In this document: positions 30,285-40,294 of the stretch, in pieces
Layout of the letters: each line of letters starts with the position of its first letter
Position numbering within the stretch: position 1 is the first letter of the stretch
From: Solirubrobacteraceae bacterium
GTDB taxonomy: Bacteria > Actinomycetota > Thermoleophilia > Solirubrobacterales > Solirubrobacteraceae
Length of the DNA: 64,000 nt
NCBI GenBank assembly: GCA_035295205.1
Contig: DATGJM010000147.1
Location: 407 to 64,406 of the forward strand
Direction of reading: 5' to 3'
Position numbers and translations under genes: made by a program
The notes under the pieces: model-generated
The model's database searches: none
Seen by the model: only the letters and a program-made list of their open reading frames with translations
What the model was told of the DNA's origin: nothing

Positions 30285-31640
30285 TCAGGGGGCAGCCAGG
30301 AGCTCCTCCAGCGACGCCCCCTCGCTCATCCGCAGCAGGAACGACTCGTTCGAGGTGTTCTCGAGCAGTCGCCGCACGAGGTATGCCATCCCGGCGACGA
30401 GGTCGCCGATCGGGCTGTAGGTGCGCACCCGGTAGCCGCGGGTCGCCAGTGCGTCCTGCAGCTCGTCGCCGAGCCCCCGGAGCACCTGCAGCTCGAGATC
30501 CGCGACGTCCATGCCCGAGGCGCGGTTGATCGCGATCGCGTGCGCGACCGAGCGCAGGTTGTGCGAGGCGATCGCCACGCGCACGGCCGGCCGGGCGGCG
30601 AGCAACCGCCGGGTCAGCGTCTCGAAGTTCCGATCGCACTCGGCCTTGACCTCGAACACGGGGACCGACCAGCCGTGCTGGCGGGCCTCGACGAGCTCGT
30701 GGTCCCAGTAGGCGCCCTTGACCAGGCGGACCGTGAGCGGCGTGGTCCGCTGCGAGCGCTGCGCCCAGGCCAGCACCTGATCGAGCTGGTCGGGCGAGTC
30801 GCGCAGGTATGCCTGGAGCACGAGCCCCGAGGACGGGCCCTCGCGGAACTCGTCGTCTCCCAGGACCTCGAGGACGAGATCGAGCACGGCCTCGCGGGAG
30901 TCGAGGGACTCCATGTCGATGTGGATGTGGGCGCCGAGCTCGTGGGCGCGGCGCAGCAGCGGGCGCAGTCGCTGTCCGGCGTCGCGGCGTCCGAGCTCGG
31001 GGGCGTCGGGCCGGAGCATCGGCGTCAGGGCTGAGATCTTCACCGATACGTTGGCGCGCGGTAGGGGACCAACGGAGTCGTGCTCAAGCAGCTGCCGCTC
31101 CGGCCACTTGGCCGACGCCTTGACCAGCTCCTCGAGCGCCTCCAGGCAGCGCGCGGCGTACCGGTCGGCCTCGCCCACCGTGACCGTTGCCTCACCCAGC
31201 AGGTCGACCGTGCTGGCCACGCCATGCTGCCACAGCTCACGCAGGCCTCCCACCGCGTGGGCGGGGCTCTCGGCGACGATGAAGCGATGGGCCATGCGCC
31301 TGACCCCCGCCGCGGCGGCCGCGCCGAGCGCGGTGCGCCCGGCCCGGGTGTGGGCGATCTTCATGGCGGCGGTGATCGGCTGCGGAGGCTCGGGAACCTC
31401 CTCGAGGAACTCGCGCAGGTGGCTCGCCAGATCGTCCAGCGAGCGGCAGGCCGGGGTCACGTCCACGAACCTGAACAGCGCCGCGCGAAGCTCGCGGTCG
31501 CCCGAGGCCATTTCCATGGCGCGGGCGTCGAGGTTCTTCAGCGGGTTCCGCGAGACGCCGGGGAAGGCGGCTGCCAGATCCGCGCCGATCTCGCGAATCG
31601 AGCGCTCGAGAGCCTCATCCGCGGGAGCGACCGTGGTCAT
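30285..31640 (-). CDS. Proline dehydrogenase (long, PutA N-terminal-type)
   Basis: LFRFVDVTP, DLLGE, SVKISAL, IDME, QAYLRD, RLVKGAYWD, ASHN, YLVRRLLENTSN. Confidence 0.92.
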   Translation of the reverse strand: MTTVAPADEALERSIREIGADLAAAFPGVSRNPLKNLDARAMEMASGDRELRAALFRFVDVTPACRSLDDLASHLREFLEEVPEPPQPITAAMKIAHTRAGRTALGAAAAAGVRRMAHRFIVAESPAHAVGGLRELWQHGVASTVDLLGEATVTVGEADRYAARCLEALEELVKASAKWPERQLLEHDSVGPLPRANVSVKISALTPMLRPDAPELGRRDAGQRLRPLLRRAHELGAHIHIDMESLDSREAVLDLVLEVLGDDEFREGPSSGLVLQAYLRDSPDQLDQVLAWAQRSQRTTPLTVRLVKGAYWDHELVEARQHGWSVPVFEVKAECDRNFETLTRRLLAARPAVRVAIASHNLRSVAHAIAINRASGMDVADLELQVLRGLGDELQDALATRGYRVRTYSPIGDLVAGMAYLVRRLLENTSNESFLLRMSEGASLEELLAAP

Positions 31641-32488
31641 GCGGGGAGCGCCGCCGCAGGCGTGGCGCGCTCGATCGCCTCCCAGCTCATGTCCGCTGCG
31701 CGTAGGCGCTCATCCACTCTCCCGCCTCCGCGCAAGCCGAACAGGCGCTTGGCCAGCAGGAGATAGATGACGACGGCGAGGTTGATGATGAACCCGATCA
31801 CCTTCAGAGCGGTCAGACGGCTGGTGAGCTCGTAGACCTCGAGAGGAAGCAGAACCGTCGTGGCCAGGAACGTAAGGTACTCGGCCCAGCGCTTGGTCAG
31901 CCACAAGCCCACGGCCTCGACCCCCTCGAGCACGCCGTAGGCCAGCAGCGCGAAGCCCACCTCGCGCAGGCGGCCTGACTGCAGCGAGAACAGCTTGTCG
32001 AGCTCGCCGGCGATGCCGACGTGCCCCGATTGCTGCACCGGTCCGCCCCCAACCCCCCGCTGCAGCGCCGCGAGCACGCGGTAGAACTCGCCTCGCAGCG
32101 AACTCTCGTGAGCCGCCACGAACAGCACGGCGATGCCGAGCACGACGAGCACCACGAAGTGAAACGCCCGGTCGACGGCGATCAGGCGCAGCACGAAGCG
32201 GTCGCGCAGCGCCTTTCCGCGCAGCGGGACCACGATCGCTTCCCGGTCGGGAGGATTCTCCCTGACCGGCGCGTCCGGGGGAGCGAGCGCCACCCAGGTG
32301 TCGCAGCGCAGGCAGCGGTACCACCGCAATCCATCCTGCACGCGCACGACCATCCGGTCCTCGGGCCGCACCTGAGCGGCGTCGGTGCCGATCAGGTAGT
32401 GACCGCGAAACCCACAGGAGATGAGCTCCCAGTCGATCTTCCGCCGGGATCGGCGTTCGATGTCGGTGCCAGGAGCCGGCTGGTGCAC
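31637..32488 (-). CDS. DUF2127-like membrane protein with N-terminal Cys/His cluster
   Basis: EAVGLWLTKRWAEY, LPLEVYEL, NLAVVIYL; N-terminal C..GH and RCLRC. Confidence 0.75.
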   Translation of the reverse strand: MHQPAPGTDIERRSRRKIDWELISCGFRGHYLIGTDAAQVRPEDRMVVRVQDGLRWYRCLRCDTWVALAPPDAPVRENPPDREAIVVPLRGKALRDRFVLRLIAVDRAFHFVVLVVLGIAVLFVAAHESSLRGEFYRVLAALQRGVGGGPVQQSGHVGIAGELDKLFSLQSGRLREVGFALLAYGVLEGVEAVGLWLTKRWAEYLTFLATTVLLPLEVYELTSRLTALKVIGFIINLAVVIYLLLAKRLFGLRGGGRVDERLRAADMSWEAIERATPAAALPA

Positions 32489-32497
32489 CGGAACACC

Positions 32498-33166
32498 CTA
32501 ACTGAGGATGTTCACGGCGCGTGCGACGACCAGCCCGACCGTCACCAGCGACGAGACGGCCTGGGATCCCATCAGCCACTTCGCAGTTGCGGTGAGCGGC
32601 ATCGTGTCCGTGGGGCTGAACGCGGTGGCGTTGGTCAACGACACGTACAGGTAGTCGACCAGCTGGGGGGCCCAATCGGTGGGGGCCCACTTCGGGTCGG
32701 TCATCTGGGGGAACAGGAAGTCAGGCGCGCGGTCCTCGGTCAGCCGGCGGGATACGGGGCCGCCACGGTCGATTTCCCAGTACCACAGTCCGAACAGCAG
32801 CACGTTGGTGATCCACAGCGCGGACCCGGCCAGGATCAGCGAGTGACCGCTGATCGGTGTGCGATGCACGGGCTGCAGCAGAAAGTGCACGAGCAGCCCG
32901 AGCGAGACGAGGTTGACGGCACTGACCACCGCGGTCAGGGCGATCGCGAGCCGGCGGCGGAGCATCGAATGGTGCACTCGCGGGTGCGGCGAGGACATCG
33001 AGGACGTGAGCAGCCCGACCAGCAGCGCTCCCTCGAGCGCGGGCAGCAGCCATTGGGGGTGCAGCGGGCTCAGTTTGTCGGGCAGCGTGATGTCGATCAC
33101 GATCGCCAGCAGGACGACGAACAAGGGCTCCCAGAACGGCAGTCGCTGCTCGATCCGCGCGCGCAC
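32498..33166 (-). CDS. DUF1345-like membrane protein
   Basis: WYWEIDRGGP, DFLFPQM, DYLYVSLTNATAFSPTDTMPL; TAGTCT -10-like hexamer 7 nt before the GTG. Confidence 0.8.
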   Translation of the reverse strand: MRARIEQRLPFWEPLFVVLLAIVIDITLPDKLSPLHPQWLLPALEGALLVGLLTSSMSSPHPRVHHSMLRRRLAIALTAVVSAVNLVSLGLLVHFLLQPVHRTPISGHSLILAGSALWITNVLLFGLWYWEIDRGGPVSRRLTEDRAPDFLFPQMTDPKWAPTDWAPQLVDYLYVSLTNATAFSPTDTMPLTATAKWLMGSQAVSSLVTVGLVVARAVNILS

Positions 33167-33176
33167 GCCCGGCAGA

Positions 33177-35399
33177 CTAGAACGAGCTGCGGCCAGGCTC
33201 GATCCAGCTCGGCCCTTCCTGCAGCATCGCCGTGACCTCCTGGGCGCTGACGGGCGGCGAGAAGAAGAAGCCCTGGGCCATTTCGCAGCCGAGGCGCAGG
33301 AGCTCGACCGCCTGATGTTCCTGCTCGACCCCCTCGGCCACCACCGACAGCGACAGCGCTCGCGACATGGCCACGATCGCCTCGGTGATCGCGGTGTCGT
33401 GCGCCTCCACTCCGAGGCCGTCGATGAACGAGCGGTCGATCTTGAGGATGTCGAGCGGCAGCTGGGGGAGGTAGGAGAGCGACGAGTAGCCCGTGCCGAA
33501 GTCGTCGAGCACGAGCCGGACCCCGAGTGCACCGAGGGCCTGGAGAGCCTCGCTGACGGCCTCTGGCTCGCGAAGCATCGCCGTCTCGGTGATCTCCAGG
33601 CACAGCGATCCGGGGTCGAGCCCGCTGGCCTGCAGCGCCGCCTGCACGGTGTCGGCCAGTCCGGGCTTGGCCAGCTGGACCGCTGAGAGGTTGACCGACA
33701 TCTCGAGCGGGCGGGCATCCGGACGGTCGGCGTTCCAGTGGGCGGCCTGGCGGCAGGCCCGTTCGAGCACCCAGCGGCCGATTGGCTCGATCAGCCCGTT
33801 CTCCTCGGCCACGGGGATGAACTCCGTGGGCGAGATCAGACCACGCTGGGGGTGGCGCCAGCGCAGCAGCGCCTCGACTCCGAGAATCGAGTGATCCCGC
33901 AGCGAGACGAGCGGCTGGTAGTCGAGCCTCAGCTCGCCGCGCTCGATGGCCCGGCGCAGGTCGTTCTCGATCCGCAGGCGCGCCAGCGCCCGGCCGCGCA
34001 TCGCCTCGTCGAAGACCTCGTAGCGGGCGCGGCCCCGCTCCTTGGCCCGGTACATGGCGGCGTCGGCGTCGCGGATCAGCTCGATCGGCAGCTCGCCGCC
34101 GTGCGCGAGCGCGATGCCGACGCTGGCGGTCATGAAGTGCTCGGAGCCGGCGATCACGAACGGGCGGGCGAACAGAGCGGCGACCCGCTCGGCCATCTCG
34201 ATCGCATCCGACTCGCCTGCGATCTCCTCGAGCAGGATCGCGAACTCGTCGCCGCCCAGGCGAGCGACGGTGTCGGTGGCCCGAACTGCGTGCTTCAGGC
34301 GCGGCGCGACGGCGGCCAGCAGCTCGTCGCCCACCTGGTGGCCGAGGCTGTCGTTGACCACCTTGAAATGGTCGAAGTCCAGGAACAGGATCGCCGCCAG
34401 GCCCTTACGCCGTCGCAGACGGGCAAGCGCCTGCTCGATGCGGTCCAGGAACAGGACGCGGTTGGGCAGGCCGGTGAGCGGGTCGTGCAGGGCGCGATGC
34501 CGGATGTCGTCCTCGATCGCCTGGCGCTCGAGGGCGTCGGCCAGCACGTTGGCGAGCGCCTGGAGGAAGTCGACCTGCTCGGCGCCATAGTCCCGTGCCA
34601 TGCGCGAAGCCACCGAGAGAACCCCGAACGTCCCATGCGCGCCCTCGATGAGCACGCTCACACCGCTGCGCAGGCGTTGCTCGGGCGGCGGCCGGAGGAA
34701 CCGCTCCTCGGTCTCCCAATCCTCGACGACGACCGGGACGCGAGTGAGCATCGTGTAGCCGGGCTGGGTGTCGGCGGAGGCCGGCATGCGCTCGCGGCCG
34801 ATTTCTGGGTCGTCGCCGTGGTAGGCCCGCACGGCGAACACGTCCTCATCGGGGATGTACTGCGCCATCGACGCAAGCTCCGTGCCCAGGAGCGTGGCGG
34901 CGACGCTGACCGCCTCCTCGAGCAGATCGCTCGTGCCGGCGCCCTCGAGAGCGTGCTCGCCCAGCTTGGCCACCGCGGCCTGCTGGGCCGCGCGCCGCTC
35001 GAGCTCGGCCTCGACCTGCTTTCGATGCGTGATGTCGGTGAGCACGCCGTGCCACAGCTGGTTATCTCCGCCCGAGACCAGCTGAGCCTCATCGCGGAAC
35101 CAGATCGCGGTTCCATCGCGGTGCAGGAGGCGATACTCCTGGGAGCTCACGCCGACGGCCTTGGCCTCCTCCTCATGAACGCGGGCGCGATCCTCGGGAT
35201 GCAGGCGAGCGGCCCAGAGCATCGGATCCGCGCACCATTCGGCGGGCGAGTACCCGAGGATCGTCTCGATCTGAGGGCTTACCCAGTGCCATCGACCGGT
35301 CTCGCCCCAATCGGCGATATACAGGATGGCGGGTACCCGGTTCAGCAGCTCCGGGATCAGCTGAACGATCTCGGGAGGAGACGGTGGCTCTGAGCTCAT
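33177..35399 (-). CDS. PAS-GAF-GGDEF-EAL c-di-GMP signalling protein
   Basis: PAS (WAARLHPEDR), GAF, HDPLTGLPNR, intact GGDEF, EALLRW, DDFGTGYSS, AEGVE. Confidence 0.95.
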   Translation of the reverse strand: MSSEPPSPPEIVQLIPELLNRVPAILYIADWGETGRWHWVSPQIETILGYSPAEWCADPMLWAARLHPEDRARVHEEEAKAVGVSSQEYRLLHRDGTAIWFRDEAQLVSGGDNQLWHGVLTDITHRKQVEAELERRAAQQAAVAKLGEHALEGAGTSDLLEEAVSVAATLLGTELASMAQYIPDEDVFAVRAYHGDDPEIGRERMPASADTQPGYTMLTRVPVVVEDWETEERFLRPPPEQRLRSGVSVLIEGAHGTFGVLSVASRMARDYGAEQVDFLQALANVLADALERQAIEDDIRHRALHDPLTGLPNRVLFLDRIEQALARLRRRKGLAAILFLDFDHFKVVNDSLGHQVGDELLAAVAPRLKHAVRATDTVARLGGDEFAILLEEIAGESDAIEMAERVAALFARPFVIAGSEHFMTASVGIALAHGGELPIELIRDADAAMYRAKERGRARYEVFDEAMRGRALARLRIENDLRRAIERGELRLDYQPLVSLRDHSILGVEALLRWRHPQRGLISPTEFIPVAEENGLIEPIGRWVLERACRQAAHWNADRPDARPLEMSVNLSAVQLAKPGLADTVQAALQASGLDPGSLCLEITETAMLREPEAVSEALQALGALGVRLVLDDFGTGYSSLSYLPQLPLDILKIDRSFIDGLGVEAHDTAITEAIVAMSRALSLSVVAEGVEQEHQAVELLRLGCEMAQGFFFSPPVSAQEVTAMLQEGPSWIEPGRSSF

Positions 35400-35466
35400 C
35401 GGCGCCTGCGCTCGAGCATTTCATCCCCCGTATCGGCGTTTTTCCCTTGGTCTCGCACCGGGCTTA

Positions 35467-36507
35467 CTACGGAGTGGCTTCGAACAGCGAGCGCTCTCCG
35501 TCGTCCCGCTCCGTAACGAGCCCGTCCTCGATCAGCAGGTCGAGATGACCGAGTACTTCCGAGATCGTCAGATATGCCTGCGTAACCGCAACATTACCCC
35601 ACATCCTGACCGCGACCTCGTAAGCGCTCAGCGGGCCCTCGGAAACGATCCCGAGGATCTTCTGCGCCCGGCGATCGTGCATGCGCAGCCGCTCCCCGAT
35701 CAGCGCCACGTGGTCGAGGATCGGCGCGCCGTGACCGGGGAGCACGAGCGTCGCTGGAAGCTCGCGCGTGCGGCGCATCGAGGCGATGTACTCGACCAGC
35801 GCACGCGGGCGGGTCCCCGGCGCGGCCGGGTCACCGCTGATGCCCTCGGCGGAGCCGTCGAGCGGACGGGAGATCAGCGGGTTGCTCGAGATATGCGCGA
35901 GCAGGTGGTCGCCGCCGAGCAGCATCCCGCGCCGCTCGTCGTAGAACAGCGTGTCAGTGGGGCTGTGGCCAGGGCGGTGGAGCACGCGCAGCGTGCGGTC
36001 CCGCAGCTGCAGCGTGTCGCCGTCGCGCAGCGGCCGCGTCACGCTCCCGCTCGAGCCGAAGGCGCGGAAGGCCAGGCCGACCGTGCCGAGCACGGTCGCC
36101 AGATCGGGCGGGACGCCGTGGCGTCGCATGACCGCCTGTGAGAAGGCGTCGTCGGCGGTCGCCGAAGCCCGGAAGTCGGCGAGGTAGGGACGCAGCAGGT
36201 CGAGCGCGGCGACCTCGGCGCCGGAGCGCCGGGCGACGATCTCGAGCAGGCCCAGATGGTCCATGTGCTGATGGGTGATCACGATCAGCTCGAGGTCCTC
36301 GATCCGTCGGCCGTGGTCGCGCAGCGAGCTCTCGAGCTCGTCGAGCGACTTACCGGAGTTCGGGCCGGTGTCGACGAGCGTCAGCGGGTCGTCGTCGATC
36401 AGATAGCAGTTGATCCGCCCGACCAGGAAAGGGGTCGGCACGGCCAGCGTGTAGATGCCCACGCGCGCGGCGAACGGTCCGCCTGCGGCCTCGGGCTCGA
36501 TCGTCAC
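35467..36507 (-). CDS. Metallo-beta-lactamase-fold hydrolase
   Basis: LVDTG, THQHMDH, PGHS, GDH, PGHG; GTG start overlaps the phosphomutase stop. Confidence 0.88.
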   Translation of the reverse strand: MTIEPEAAGGPFAARVGIYTLAVPTPFLVGRINCYLIDDDPLTLVDTGPNSGKSLDELESSLRDHGRRIEDLELIVITHQHMDHLGLLEIVARRSGAEVAALDLLRPYLADFRASATADDAFSQAVMRRHGVPPDLATVLGTVGLAFRAFGSSGSVTRPLRDGDTLQLRDRTLRVLHRPGHSPTDTLFYDERRGMLLGGDHLLAHISSNPLISRPLDGSAEGISGDPAAPGTRPRALVEYIASMRRTRELPATLVLPGHGAPILDHVALIGERLRMHDRRAQKILGIVSEGPLSAYEVAVRMWGNVAVTQAYLTISEVLGHLDLLIEDGLVTERDDGERSLFEATP

Positions 36508-37877
36508 GAGCGGATGACCGCGAGCACCTCGTCGCGACGGCGCTCCATGTCCTCCCGGGAGCGCAGCGACTCCAGGCACAGGCGCAGCAGCGGTTCGGTG
36601 TTCGAGGGGCGCACGTTGAAGTGCCAGTCGTCGTACTCGACCGAGAGCCCGTCGAGCTGATACTGGCGACCGTCCCGGTAGCGCGCGGCGAGCTCCTGCA
36701 TCTTGCCCTGTTGGTCGGCGACCTCGGAGTTGATCTCCCCCGAGATGAAGTAGTGGGAGCGGTAGGGCTCGAGCAGCTCGGACATCCGAGCGGTCCGCGT
36801 GGAGAGCAGCTCGAGGATCAGCAGCGCCGGAATCGTCCCCGAGTCCGCGCAGTAGAAGTCGTGGAAGTAGTAGTGGCCTGAGACCTCGCCGCCGAAGACG
36901 CCGCCCTCCTCCCGCATCCGGGTCTTGAAGAACGCGTGGCCCACGCGGTTCATGAGCGCCTTGCCGCCGTGACGCTCGACGGTGTCGGCCACCGCGTGGC
37001 TGGCGCGGACGTCATAGAGGATCGTGGCGCCGGGATGCTTCTCGATCATCGACTCGGCCAGCAACGCGGTCAGGAAGTCCCCGTCGACGAACTCGCCGCG
37101 CTCATCGATGAAGAAGCAGCGGTCGGCGTCGCCGTCCCAGGCGATGCCCAGGTCGGCACCACGCTGGACGACCTCGCGCATGATGAACTCGCGGTTCTCC
37201 GCAAGCAGCGGGTTCGGCTCGTGGTCGGGGAAGTTCCCGTCAGGCGTCCAGTAGGCGGTCTCGAGCTCGAGTCCCAGCTGTTCGAGCAGCGGGCCGACCA
37301 TCGGGCCGGCCATGCCGTTGCCGCCGTCGACGACGACCCGCAGCGGCCTGACCGCCGCCGGATCGATGAACTCGAGCGCGGCGCGCTGGAACTCCTCGTA
37401 GATCTCCACGGACTCGATGCTGCCGCCGTGTGGAGCCTCCGCGAGGCCGTGCTCGAGCTTGCGGGCGATGTCGCCGATGCCGGCGTCGCCCGAGAGCGCG
37501 ACCGCTCCGCGCTTGACGAGCTTGGCGCCGGTGTAGCGCTTGGGGTTGTGCGACGCGGTGCACATCAGTCCCCCGTCGAGGTCGCGCGAGCCGACGAGGA
37601 AGTAGAGCATCTCGGTCCCCACCTGCCCGGCGTCTAGCACGTGGGCGCCCTCGGCCTGCATGCCCTCGGCGTAGCGGTCTGCCAGCTCGGGGGCGCTGAG
37701 GCGCATGTCGCGGCCGAGGCCGAGGCGCAGCTCGTGGGTGGATTTGCCCTCGAGCTCGGCGATCACCTGCGCGTACGCCCGGCCGATCTCATATGCGATC
37801 CCGGTGTCGATGTCCTCGCCGTAGACGCCGCGGATGTCGTAGGCCTTGAAGATCTCGGGCTTGGGGGCGACGCTCAT
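36504..37877 (-). CDS. Phosphomannomutase/phosphoglucomutase
   Basis: FKAYDIRG, TASHNP, DGDADR, GEVSGHYYF, RPSNTEPLLR. Confidence 0.95.
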   Translation of the reverse strand: MSVAPKPEIFKAYDIRGVYGEDIDTGIAYEIGRAYAQVIAELEGKSTHELRLGLGRDMRLSAPELADRYAEGMQAEGAHVLDAGQVGTEMLYFLVGSRDLDGGLMCTASHNPKRYTGAKLVKRGAVALSGDAGIGDIARKLEHGLAEAPHGGSIESVEIYEEFQRAALEFIDPAAVRPLRVVVDGGNGMAGPMVGPLLEQLGLELETAYWTPDGNFPDHEPNPLLAENREFIMREVVQRGADLGIAWDGDADRCFFIDERGEFVDGDFLTALLAESMIEKHPGATILYDVRASHAVADTVERHGGKALMNRVGHAFFKTRMREEGGVFGGEVSGHYYFHDFYCADSGTIPALLILELLSTRTARMSELLEPYRSHYFISGEINSEVADQQGKMQELAARYRDGRQYQLDGLSVEYDDWHFNVRPSNTEPLLRLCLESLRSREDMERRRDEVLAVIRS

Positions 37878-37920
37878 GGGCGCCGGATGCTACCCCGGCT
37901 CGAACTAGACTTCCTTCGCA

Positions 37921-38670
37921 ATGTCAGGTCATTCCAAGTGGCACTCGATCAAGCACAAGAAGGCCGTCGTCGACGCTCGGCGCGGACAGCACTTCACCAA
38001 GCTCGCCCGCGCGATCACCGTGGCCGCGCGGGAGGGCGGCGGAGATCCGGAGGGCAATCCCGCCCTCGCGCTGGCGATCCAGAAGGCCCGGGACGCCTCG
38101 ATGCCGAAGGACAACATCGAGCGCGCGATTGGCAAGGGCACCGGCGAGGGCGTCGACACCGAGAACATCGAGACCGTCCTCTACGAGGGCTACGGCCCCG
38201 GCGGGGTGGCCCTGCTCGTCGAGGCCCTCACCGACAATCGCAACCGCACCGGCGCCGACGTCCGCCACGCCTTCAACAAGCACGGCGGCAGCCTCGGCGA
38301 GCCCGGCTCCGTGGCCTACCTGTTCGACAAGTGCGGGGTGATCGTCGTCGACGCCTCGCGCTACGACGAGGACGACCTGATCGTTGCCATCGACGCCGGC
38401 GCCCAGGACATCGCGCTCGACGAGGACGTCTACGAGGTGATCACCGAGCCCGCAGACCTCGTGCCGGTCCGCGACGCGCTGCGCGACGGCGGGATCGAGT
38501 TCGAATCAGCCGAGCTCACGCAGCGCCCGAAGAGCCGGGTCCCGGTCGGCGAGGCCGACGCCCCCAAGCTGATGAAGCTGATCGACGCTCTGGAGGACTC
38601 CGACGACGTCGGTGCAGTCCACGCGAACTTCGACGTCGACGCCGCGGTGCTCGAGAAGATCGCCTCGTAG
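37921..38670 (+). CDS. yebC: YebC/PmpR-family protein
   Basis: MSGHSKW..IKHKK, MPKDNIERAI, YEGYGPGG, TDNRNRT. Confidence 0.96.
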   Translation: MSGHSKWHSIKHKKAVVDARRGQHFTKLARAITVAAREGGGDPEGNPALALAIQKARDASMPKDNIERAIGKGTGEGVDTENIETVLYEGYGPGGVALLVEALTDNRNRTGADVRHAFNKHGGSLGEPGSVAYLFDKCGVIVVDASRYDEDDLIVAIDAGAQDIALDEDVYEVITEPADLVPVRDALRDGGIEFESAELTQRPKSRVPVGEADAPKLMKLIDALEDSDDVGAVHANFDVDAAVLEKIAS

Positions 38671-38709
38671 CGCCCTCGCTTACGCTCGCCCGCTACCCTC
38701 CGCGACTCG

Positions 38710-39234
38710 ATGAAGCGCCCGATCTCCATCTGCCTGGCCGCGGTTGCCTGCGCCGTGGCGCTGGCCGCCTGCGGGAGCTCCAAGGCCTCCGGGGTGCAGC
38801 AGGCGCCGTCGGCGGGCCTGACCCAGGCGGCGATCCCGGCCCCGATCAAGCCGCCGCCGGACCTGGCCACCAAGCCCACCGTGACAGTGCCGAGCGGAGC
38901 TCCGCCGACGAAGCTGGTGACCAAAGACCTGATCACGGGAACGGGCAAGACCGCCTCGGCCGGCCAGTCGATCACCGTCAACTACGTCGGCGTGCTCTAT
39001 AAGACCGGCAAGGAGTTCGACTCCTCCTGGAAGACGGGCCAGCCGTTCACGACCACCCTCAGCGCGTCGAGCGTGATCCCGGGCTGGGTGCAGGGCATCG
39101 CCGGGATGAAGGTCGGTGGTCGGCGCGAGCTGATCATTCCACCGTCGCTGGGCTACGGGGCGGCCGGGAGCCCGCCGACGATCCCGCCGAACTCGACGCT
39201 GATCTTCGTCGTCGACCTGCTCTCGGTCTCGTAA
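38710..39234 (+). CDS. FKBP-type peptidyl-prolyl isomerase, lipoprotein
   Basis: Lipobox LAAC; VNYVG, EFDSSW, VIPGW, GMKVGGRRELIIPPSLGYG, IPPNSTLIFVVDL. Confidence 0.93.
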   Translation: MKRPISICLAAVACAVALAACGSSKASGVQQAPSAGLTQAAIPAPIKPPPDLATKPTVTVPSGAPPTKLVTKDLITGTGKTASAGQSITVNYVGVLYKTGKEFDSSWKTGQPFTTTLSASSVIPGWVQGIAGMKVGGRRELIIPPSLGYGAAGSPPTIPPNSTLIFVVDLLSVS

Positions 39235-39346
39235 GAATCTCTGAAGCCGCCTTTAGGCGCTGCTAGCGTCGGCCGAAGAAGCTTTCGGGGCTGTCCACGA
39301 GACTCGGGGACATCACGGGCTCACACACGACAAAGGAGCTCCGCGC

Positions 39347-40294
39347 ATGATCGCGGTTGAGCGCGTCACCAAGCGCTACGGGGAGAAGGTCGCTGTCGAC
39401 GACCTCACCTTCACCGTCAAGCCGGGAATCGTCACCGGCTTCCTCGGGCCCAACGGCGCGGGCAAGTCGACGACGATGCGGGTGATCCTTGGCCTGGACC
39501 GGCCGAACGCGGGCCATGCCACGGTCAACGGCAAGGCCTATCGCGAGCTGCAGGCTCCATTGCACGAGATCGGCGCGATGCTCGAGGCCCGCGCGATCCA
39601 CACCGGGCGCTCTGCCTACCACCACCTGATGGCGATGGCCCAGACCCACGGCATCGGGCGCGCACGCGTGCTCGAGGTCCTCGAGCTCGTCGGCCTGACC
39701 GAGGTCGCGCGCAAGCGGGCGGGTGGCTTCTCGCTCGGCATGGGCCAGCGGCTCGGGATCGCCTCGGCCCTGCTCGGAGACCCCGCGACGTTGATTCTCG
39801 ACGAGCCGGCCAATGGCCTGGATCCCGAGGGCATTCGCTGGATCCGCAACCTTCTGAAGGGTCTCGCCGCCGAGGGGCGCACGGTGTTCGTCTCCTCGCA
39901 CCTCATGGCCGAGATGTCACAGACCGCCGAGCATCTGATCGTCATCGGGCGCGGACGCATGATCGCCGACACCTCGGTCGCAGACTTCGTGGCCACGGCA
40001 TCCCACGGAGCCGCGGTCCTCGTCCGCTCTCCGCAGGCCACCGAGCTGCGCGAGGAGCTGACCGGCCCGGATGTGACGGTCACCAGCCGCGAACCGGGTC
40101 TGCTCGAGGTGTTCGGCCTCACCAGTGCCCAGGTCGGCGAAGCCGCCGCCCGGGCCGGGATCGTCCTGCACGAACTGATCGCCCAGCGGGCCTCGCTCGA
40201 AGAGGCGTTCATGCAGATGACCGGGGGCGAGGTCGAGTATCACGCCGGCACCGTTGGTGCCGACGAGCGCGAGCAGGTAAAGGAGATGGCATGA
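39347..40294 (+). CDS. ABC-2-type exporter ATP-binding protein
   Basis: GPNGAGKST, FSLGMGQRLG, LILDEPANGLD, SSH; RBS AAAGGAG. Confidence 0.93.
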   Translation: MIAVERVTKRYGEKVAVDDLTFTVKPGIVTGFLGPNGAGKSTTMRVILGLDRPNAGHATVNGKAYRELQAPLHEIGAMLEARAIHTGRSAYHHLMAMAQTHGIGRARVLEVLELVGLTEVARKRAGGFSLGMGQRLGIASALLGDPATLILDEPANGLDPEGIRWIRNLLKGLAAEGRTVFVSSHLMAEMSQTAEHLIVIGRGRMIADTSVADFVATASHGAAVLVRSPQATELREELTGPDVTVTSREPGLLEVFGLTSAQVGEAAARAGIVLHELIAQRASLEEAFMQMTGGEVEYHAGTVGADEREQVKEMA

